A DNA stretch of 57,948 nucleotides, counting the filler, from Sphacelaria rigidula (lineage: Eukaryota), in NCBI GenBank assembly GCA_964200075.2. It is 8 parts of 8 records of this genome, joined end to end, with 100 filler letters (N's around TTAATTAATTAA, not from the genome) between each part and the next. Parts side by side here need not be neighbours in the genome. Positions count along the whole stretch, not along the records: positions 43,537 to 50,692 come from CAXNAA020016213.1; positions 50,793 to 57,948 come from CAXNAA020016214.1; 6 more parts are not named here. The stretch is one strand, 5' to 3'. How positions within the stretch are numbered: the first letter of the stretch is position 1; every line of letters starts with the position of its first letter. Both the position numbers and the translations under genes were made by a program. The notes under the pieces were generated by a model that saw nothing but the letters and a program-made list of their open reading frames with translations, did not search any database and was not told the origin of the DNA. Shown piece by piece: positions 49,353 through 57,948 of this stretch.

Positions 49353-52118
49353 GTGGGCGCTTCGTTGTATCCCAGGCAAGGATCTCAAATCGCTCGGAGG
49401 GTGGGAAAGGGTGGGAGACGGGGAGGGACGTACTCATGTGTTGTTTGCATTGGTAATTTGACCGTTGATCATGCATCCCTTTCGAGACGGGGCAGTGGGT
49501 GGGAGGGGGGCACACGGGCAATATTTCTCAAAATCAGAAGCAAAATGCATGTGATTGATCGAGTTTTCAGCTCTCGGAATTGAGTGCCTTCGTTTCTCTG
49601 GGGGCGGGGGAGGTGGGGGGGGGGCGGAGGGGGCTAATTTTTTCGGGGCTGCAATACCGGTTGCGGATGCGCGTGTTTCGTTGCCAGCGAGATCTCTGAC
49701 ACGAAGAAACTGAAAAATGACTTTAGGCGTTGACGGGACGCACCACATGCCGTGAAACCGCTCCGCGACACCTCGCCAAATACATCTTTGTGGGCCGTGA
49801 CGTACTGTTTCGAGTTCATGGAGCCCCTCGAGTGAAGCAAGAGATATATAAGAGCACAAAGTTCACCAATGACGTCGATTTTCAAGTTGGTACAAAAGAC
49901 AAGGGAAAGCCTCACCGGAAGTTTCCCGGAAGGGTAAGAGAGGTACGGTTCGATGTTACGCGTACCCTTTCGTGCGCACAACATGAGAACACGTGTTTGG
50001 AGATCCCTGGCAGAATTAAAACATATTCATACACTCATCAACATCACAGCAACTTTACCGTTCTTGGATGTCATGTCTCTCGAGTTGAGCGTCGGATAGC
50101 AATCATTGAACACCCAAATAACTTCAATTTCAACGCCGAAATACAGTCGGCGACCAATCATGACGGCCCTTGTATTGGCAATGCACACTCGAGTTAACTA
50201 TAACAAAGAACGTTCGACGGTAATTCTTAACAATCACAGAAGAAGACTCAGAAAAGAGGCGAGACGAGTTTTGGAACATGGATTTTTTCTCGACAAACCG
50301 ACGGCAAAACGGCGACATTGGGTCCAATCCACAGTTTCGCCATGAAAGAGCCACTCGTCGACCAATTGCAGTCGTGTTGTTGCTTCCGTCTTATTGTTAG
50401 CGTCCCGTAGATGTATATCATTGCGCGTGCGGTGGTCCTTGTAGACCTCGAGAAAAAGTACGAGTAACGCGTTTTTACATGACCAGCTGGTGGTACTTTA
50501 CAAGCCTTCCCACAAAGGCAAGGCCCAGAGATCAATCGCTGAAGATGAGCTCAATATCCGAAGTACTGTACCGCTCCATCGGCACACCGTTCGCCTCTAT
50601 ACATGGGTGGTGGAGGGTGATTAGGTGTGTGGTCGGGGGGGTGTACTCATGATCATGTATGCCATAGTCATAAGACCATTGACCTCGCATCCNNNNNNNN
50701 NNNNNNNNNNNNNNNNNNNNNNNNNNNNNNNNNNNNTTAATTAATTAANNNNNNNNNNNNNNNNNNNNNNNNNNNNNNNNNNNNNNNNNNNNAGGAGGAG
50801 ACGCATGAACAATTAAGGTGCGTTGATGTATAGACAGACAGTTCCTCTCGCATATTTCAATGCCAACAGTGCTGTATGCAACGAGTAAGGGCAAAATCCG
50901 TGAGCTCAGGGTGAACATCACCCCCCTCGCTGAAACCTGACTTCCGGTGTCATGGGAGAACATGGCGCTCGACCTACACGACCAAGAGAGATGCAGAGGA
51001 ATGTTTCACCATGTGGACAACGTAAACTTTCTGTTGCAAAAGGTTCCACTCAAATCCATCGGTGTCTCAAAAGGAACGACTTGACCGAAGTTGAAAACGT
51101 TTGAATTTTGCTCCGCACCAGCACATGGGTGCAGCAGAGAGCCCCCTTCCTGATCTACAAGCTGTTCACCCCAGTACAGTACAAGCGCGTGCAGCACAAC
51201 ACCATGCTCCCTAGTGTAGCACAGAACCGCATAACTTCGTTGAGTGAAGTGTGGTGCAGCACAGAGTGTTGTACAGCCTGTGAAGTGCAATGTTCGAGTA
51301 TGACCAGCGCCGAGTACGGGAAGAAACAGTATGTACAGTACTACATGACGGCCTTGTCGAAGCCATCCGCATTCAAGATGAGCGATATGCGGCCGTGGGT
51401 CATGTGTAATTCTGCGGGTTAAGTACTCCATGAAGAAAAGGATTGATCCCACCTGGCGCCTTTTTATTGCGCATCGATGGCATGTTGGGAACCTGCGCTC
51501 GGGCTCGGACGACCCCCTACGTGGAGCGAGATTATCCGACTCATAAACGACACAGATTTCGAGTTGTGAACTTGGACAGTACATCAGTACGACGATCACA
51601 TGCAGGATCATGAGGTTAGATGGTGCGGCAATCAAAACTCCGTTATCGTTGGACAGTACAACATGATGACCGCATGATTGAAGACATCTGTAATAAAAAT
51701 AATCGACGTACGATCCCACACGCATCCACTCCCCCGCAAATTCGCTGACCGTAGATGTGGAAGATCCCCAAGGCTCACAGTTGGGGTGCAAGGTCTGGAG
51801 CACTTTTGAGACGCCGGCCGGGGCAAACCGAACGTGAGATACGGTACCGCAACCAGTCTCAAGGTAAGAGCACCACAATACATCTCGTGCACTATTACCG
51901 TGCGAAATAGAAGTGCTGAAGATCCAGCTCATCCGACTGCTTTCCTTTTGTTCCCGCTGATGACCGCGATATTTGAACTAAATTGAGGATGCCTACGTTT
52001 CGGGATATCATCATTTCACACGACGAATCCGTGTCCTTTACAATCTAAAAAATAAAGAAGAATGCACGACTGATACGTTGTTATATCAATCTATCTTTTT
52101 CCCGTCTATTCCGGGCAG

Positions 52119-55100
52119 ATATTGAAGTGTCTGCACTACTGTTGCCTCCATCCCGACCAACACATGCTACACCCGCGGTTGAAAGCAGATCTCCCCTGAC
52201 GCACTCCGAATGTGCAGCACCGGTGGAAAATGTGAGGGACATTGCTGAGGGTCACACCGGCGAACGAGTCAAACCGCAAAAGTGGCTGAGCCCCCGTTCC
52301 TACGGAAAATATACGGCGAGTGTGCTGTTCAGTGCGCCGGAGGCGTCTTTCGCGTCCAGTGGTGGCGCATCTGTAAAAAAGCTGGGGTTGGAGGGGTGCA
52401 ATGACCATCCGAGTGCAGAAGGTATTAACTTCAAATTTCGATCGGCCGGGGAAGGCGCGACTTGTGAAATCTCCATCACCTCGGCGTCAGAAAACAATAT
52501 ACGGGAGGTGTTACCACGGAATCCGCCGAAAGTATCTCTCAAGGAAGTGGGTAACACCCCCCGCAAAATCGGGAGAGCTGCCGGTGGTGAAGTCCCGGAG
52601 GTACAAAATTCAACTCCATCGGCCAAGGCCAAGAAAAGACGTACTCCGCCCGACTCCGGTAGAGGCACACCACCACATGCTGGCATGCGTGCATCGAGGC
52701 GGAAGAGAACCGCGACGAATAAGCCGGCGGTTGACAGCGTATGGGGAGCGTGGCATGAACAACAGCAGGCGGTGTTGCAGCACAGAAACGGCGTGAGGGA
52801 AGATCAGCTGCTGGCAATACAATTTCCCGAGGAAGTGCCGATGTCCATATTGCCATACAACTCAAGACGGGGTCCTACTCGGGGCTCACCGGGGGGGGGG
52901 TTCCACGCCGTCAGGACACCGTAACAAGCGACCAGGCTCACCATGCACCTCGCGACCAACTCCTGCAAGCGCACCGGCGTCAAAATCGAAGCGGACAAAG
53001 AAGGCTACATATGCTGCCGCCACTGAGGTCGACCAATGCAAAGTTGAAGGTGTCGGCAGCTCATCTTTCGCGGGTTCGGAACAAGAGCAGGTAGCGCCGG
53101 CACCTACGAACAGGGGCTGCCAACCAGCTAATGACGCATCCCGACCGCCGGGCAACACCCCCCGATAATGATCGTGGTGCACATTGCGAGCGCGGTGAAA
53201 GAGGAAAATTGATGACGCGACGCAGTAGTTCTCAAGGTCTCCCTGGGAATCGTGATAGCTGCAGGAGGGTGGGTGCTGCGCCGGCAGGGTCTACCCCTGT
53301 TAGTGGTATGAGGAGGGGGAAAGGACATGAGCGGGTTTGCAGTCGTGATGTGTGTGGCATGATCTTCCCCGTCTTCGACGACAAATGCAACACGTGCTCT
53401 TCTTGCAGTCAGATACACGACCCGGCATCGCGGCTGTACTTCGCTTGCCATCGACCAGGGCCCGGGGAAGACAATGTCTGGCGTCATCTTGGCGCGGCGC
53501 AAATCACGGAGGCTCGGCAATTTCTAGAGTCGTGTGCAGATGATGATGGTGTACGCCCGGCTGCGCTTGTGAAAAACTATCAGTCGAGTTCAGTTTTCTT
53601 GTGCAGTCGGCATGATTGCTTTTGGCGCTCCATCGAGCGATACAGGATAACGAGTACTAGACGGAAGGCAAATTCCCTCCCTCCATTTAGCTGCACACCC
53701 GTGACTGTTGGTTTAACACCCCCCCCCTACCCCTGCCGAGCCGGACTTTGTTGCAGAGGTACACCAAAAAGTGATTGAGGCCGTTGAGGAGAGGCGTTTA
53801 GTGGGACTGGAGAATGTTTTATCCTGGCTGACCGAAGCCAGAACCGCAGTGAACGCCCTTGCTGTTCGAGACAAGCGCACCAGGGAGTAAGCGTTGAGAA
53901 TTGTCGATGCGGTGGCCGCGGACGGCGCAGTCGACGCCAAGCTTGAGAAGATAGGCGGGATTGATGCGGCTCTATGCGATGGACGACGCGAGTTCATCTA
54001 TCTCGTTCCTTCCGTGGTGGCGCCCGAGGTGGCCATTGCGGCCGACGTTGAACTCCGCAACATGAGCGTACGAGGAGGGTGCAAGAGTTGAAGTGTTCTG
54101 TCTCCCGCCTCGCCGCCGAGATGGAAACTGGTCAGCCTATTGAACACGCACTCCAGCGGGTGACAGCTGCCGGTTCGGAGGAGGATAAACGGGCCGTGGT
54201 CATAGCGACGGGGTCTATCGTCAGGGTGAACATCGAAAGTGCACACGAACTGAGGAACGTATCGGGGGATAGGAACCAGAAATACGCCGCCGGCACTGTT
54301 GGCATTGCTAAGCAGTCTGTGCCATTTGCAAGTGTCGAGTGATGACCCGGACTTGCTTTTCCCGACAGGATGAAGTAAGGAGCGGTAGGCAAGGAGATTC
54401 CGTTCATGCGCCTCGCACCGCTGGGGCGGATGATGTCGACATGTCGGCGGCGCGGGATGGCGGGGCGGGTTTGACGGGCCCCGCAAGCAGGTGTGGTGGT
54501 GGAACGGCGCGACAGGAACACGGGGGCGCAGCTCAAGGGGGATCGGCGGTGTTCCTCGCCAGCGCAAGGACACACGGATTGACCCCGCGGGAAAAGTCGC
54601 TGCGCAAGGAGATGAGAAAGAGGAACAGGCGGATTGGGAGACTGTACATGCTCGTGCTTTTAGGCCGAGGTTTTCGAGCAATGCACGACTTCCATCTAGC
54701 GCAGGTGTTGAAAACTCACGACACACCCGTGGCTGTCATCGACTATGTCGCCGCCCATGAACTCTGCATGACAAAGTCGATGCGGTACAAGCGGGAATAG
54801 TTCTACCTGAAGTGGAGGATGGACAGAAATGTCATGGCCCTCGCATTACGGGTTGCTGCGATTCCTTGGGACAACTGCGAGTTTCGGCCGACGACGAGTG
54901 TCACGGGGGTCGGGGCACATGTAAGTACTATAGCGGCCACCTGTGTGGCCGTGGAGAATCTACCTGGGTATCTATCGCTCATGCACGCGCACCGCCGGCA
55001 AGGTGATCTGGTGGCCGCGGATATCACGACGGGACCCTCCTGGCACAGGGACGGTCAGTAATGGCAGCGTTTCCTCTCCGTATTCGACGATGCAGCATTC

Positions 55101-56821
55101 CGTTACGCGGTGGCGAGGATCGTAGATGAAGGTGGCCACATCGAAACGTGCTTGGAGATCGAACTCAGACAGGTGAACAGACTTGGCAATATTAGGGTGC
55201 TCCGTAGTTGGTCGGGATATCAGTGTCGAACGATGGCGAGATCACGCACCTGTGCGCGGGGCGCAGTGTTGCGTCTGACATGATACTATTTTGATATTGG
55301 AGCTGAGCTCGCATCAACATCAGGCTGTTTGCACTTGAGCTAGGGTTAGGGTTGGGTGATGACACAATTTCGCGCGGACGCCGCGCACGGGTAATCCAAC
55401 TGTACTTGCTCGTACCGAGTAGGTTGGCAAGATGCGGATTCGAAATCCCTCGAGATGCCGTTTCTGAGTTTTCTACCCGATACTGAGACTTCATCATGAA
55501 CAATTCACGAGCAAGAGATTAGGAGAAGAAGAGTATGTGGGAACATTTCAGAAAATGCACGAGTGCTTCTTCTATTCCCGATGCAAGATTTAAAGTCACG
55601 CGTAGCGGGTGGTGCTCCATGGTGCAACGTGCGCACTTCGCAGAATGGTATGGAATAAAAGTGTGGGGGTGGACAAATGCCTAAAAGAGTGTATACGCTG
55701 CATCATCCGCGCTCGTGTGATCTCATCCTCGACTTTCCCCACTAGGCGATACCGATGATGCAGAGGGAGCCATAGGTGTTCAAGTACCGCTTCATGCAAC
55801 TGGGCACCACGAAGAGTTGGTCCGACTCGAAGGCCGCCATCGACCGTCTTGCTGATATACGCCACGTGGACGAGAGGGGCGCGGCGGCGGCATGCATGGT
55901 TGTCGGCGATGAGAAAACATTTTGCTTCATGTATCACCTGATTCGGAGTAACCCCAGCCACTACCACTGGCTCAGAATATACGTGGATGACTGACACCTT
56001 CTGTACCACATGGCGAAGGCCATCATGAACCGGTTTAGGGGAGCAGAGATAGAGTTCCTCGCAAAGGCACTTGGCGTGGACGGAACCAGAGCATCGGAGG
56101 CTAGCAACTATGAGGTGGCACACCATACCATCAGCGTGTTCTTCGAAGCAATGTGGGGTAAAATCGCGGCCGTGTACGACCCCTAACCCTAATCGTGCGA
56201 ACCCTGAGATGCGCGTGCAAGCCGGAAAGGGCGGTGCAAAGAGGTCACCAGTCTCGAGATTGCAGATTTTTGGGGAATTGTACGCTGAGCTGCGGTCGCC
56301 AGTAGGGCCGCTGCTTTTTGCCACCACCCGCTGCCCCAGCGACCGACGCTACTGCTACACAGGTGATTCCGCCGGAGGATATGTCGATACGTGCCGCCGA
56401 AGTCGTGAGGGGAGGGACAGATCCACGGCGAACCGTGGAAGGGGCGGGTCAGCGGCGAACTCTAGAAGGGTCGGATCTGCGGCGAACCATGGAAGGGTGG
56501 GTCAGTGGCGTTGCGTGGTGGGGGGCAGGCGAATGGAGCGAGGAAGGCCCCGGGGGCGGGTGTTGATAGTAGTCGTGGTGAGGAGTGCTTCTGACGAGAT
56601 GGCGGGAGGGTGGCGAGGGTAGCGGGAGGGGAATCGGATCCGGGACCAGATCACCCAGTCGCAGTTATTGCGACGGCGGTCTAAGTGGCCCCACAGAGGG
56701 CGGATCGAAGCATTCAGCCGGGATCTGGCTTGGAGATTCAGACTCCGAGTGTAGCGACTCAGAGGTAGAGGATTCGACATCGGAAGCAGGCAAAGACCAC
56801 GACGACGAATTCGCGTTTTGA
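52119..56821 (+). pseudogene. Decayed intron-containing DUF6589-type transposase-like gene with N-terminal Cys-rich region
   Basis: One frame from ~54540 gives LAQVLKTHDTPVAVIDYVAAHELC..*..AIPWDNCEF..., then across intron 55173-55745 (cag|gtgaac..ctag|) ..MVVGDEKTFCFMYHL..YHWLRIYVDD*HLLYHMAKAI..FLAKALG..NYEVAHH..FFEA. In-frame stops are at 53888, 54798, 55059, 55770-55772 and 55992. A Cys cluster (CSRDVC..CNTCSSC..C..LCSRHDC) is at 53338-53620 and an acidic tail ends at 56821. Confidence 0.6.
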
Positions 56822-57948
56822 TTGCACCTGTAGTGAAAGTAGTAGACATGTTTCATGCAGATGAGTTGCGTAGGTATATCAGTAACCGTGGGAGTTATCT
56901 TCTGCAGACGGAAGTTATAACCCGTGCGTAGGGTTGATGAGGAAGTTGTAGAGTGCCTGATGCAGTGCGCCCTTGTGTGCAGACGTCTACGGCGGGTCGT
57001 CCGGCGACACCCTTGGGCGAATCGCCGGTTGCATCTCAAGATAATGCGTGATACTAATGGAACGAACGACTAATAAAGCGAAAATAATGATCAAGACATG
57101 GTGTTGCAGAGAACCTTATGGAATACTGTGCAACACGACCACCACACGCGTGTGGACTCCAGTCGTGAGGCGGCGTTCGTAGCGCTCTGCACAGCGGGCG
57201 AATCGCCACGAATATTTGGTGTGATTGATAACAACCCATCGTGAAAATCGAGGACAACGGTTTTCATTGACGGTGATAGTCGGTTTATTACAATCTTCAA
57301 ATTTGTAGACCATTTTTTTCAAATATACCTGCATTCCGTCACGTTCCGATAGCTATCACCAATTTCTGCATGCCATACAAAATTGAAATCCGATAACCGA
57401 ATTTTTGGGGTCCTATGTGTATATGTTCTGTGGTGATGGGGGGGGCAGGGGGGGTACGTGATAAAAATGAAACACGTAAATCCATCCTCCATGTCGCGGA
57501 ACAGTGGTTCCAAGTGCTGCACGCTGGAGGAACACCAGATGATGTTCTCCGTCCCCAACACTTCATTATTGCCAACCGAACTTCGGTCCCCACCACACCG
57601 GACAGTCGATGTGACTACCTATGCTTCAAAGCAAACCCTGGCGCCATTTCCGTGGTATCTCTCTTTTGTTTCCGACAGTTTACAGTATCACTGACGACAC
57701 AGCGAATCGGCAGACCGTACGTGTGCGGTTATACCTTGCGCGGCGATCCCGTAAGCACGCTTCATACGCCGCCCCGGCGACAATGACAAGCACATGTCTG
57801 GAACGTCTTTCCCACTGGCAGGCAATGTTAATTGTTGCATGCACACGTCGGACGGCAGATCAGTTTCTATGCAATCCAGCTCCTACAGGTGTAGTATAAA
57901 CACACGTGTGTACCTGATTCGAATGATACAGTACAACTAGTCATGGAA

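Noticed and set aside
51006-51932. Longest ORF in the track (308 aa) as a real gene
   Set aside because: No recognisable motif and atypical composition. Protein-like pieces seem spread over several frames, so it is at best part of a decayed element.

Overview
This is eukaryotic genomic DNA, most likely from a brown alga (Phaeophyceae), and it is not one locus. The window is eight segments of exactly 7156 bp (1-7156, 7257-14412, 14513-21668, 21769-28924, 29025-36180, 36281-43436, 43537-50692, 50793-57948) joined by seven identical 100-bp N44-TTAATTAATTAA-N44 linkers, so adjacency across linkers means nothing. Most ORF-track entries are noise. Real genes appear only when exons are joined at splice sites. 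I reconstructed phase-consistent partial genes for a tyrosinase-like protein, SF-assemblin, a calpain-family protein with tandem C2L domains, an unknown protein, a mannuronan C5-epimerase-like protein and a lactonase-like beta-propeller protein. The rest is mostly transposon debris: RTE-like LINEs, a Copia relic, tRNA-derived SINEs, several MITE and foldback families, and microsatellites. The most notable items are an epimerase homolog lacking the catalytic YGxDPHD motif, a decayed intron-containing DUF6589-type transposase-like gene, a miRNA-like hairpin, and a retroposon-like family with a C-rich tail. Family assignments come from motif recognition by eye; no database searches were run.
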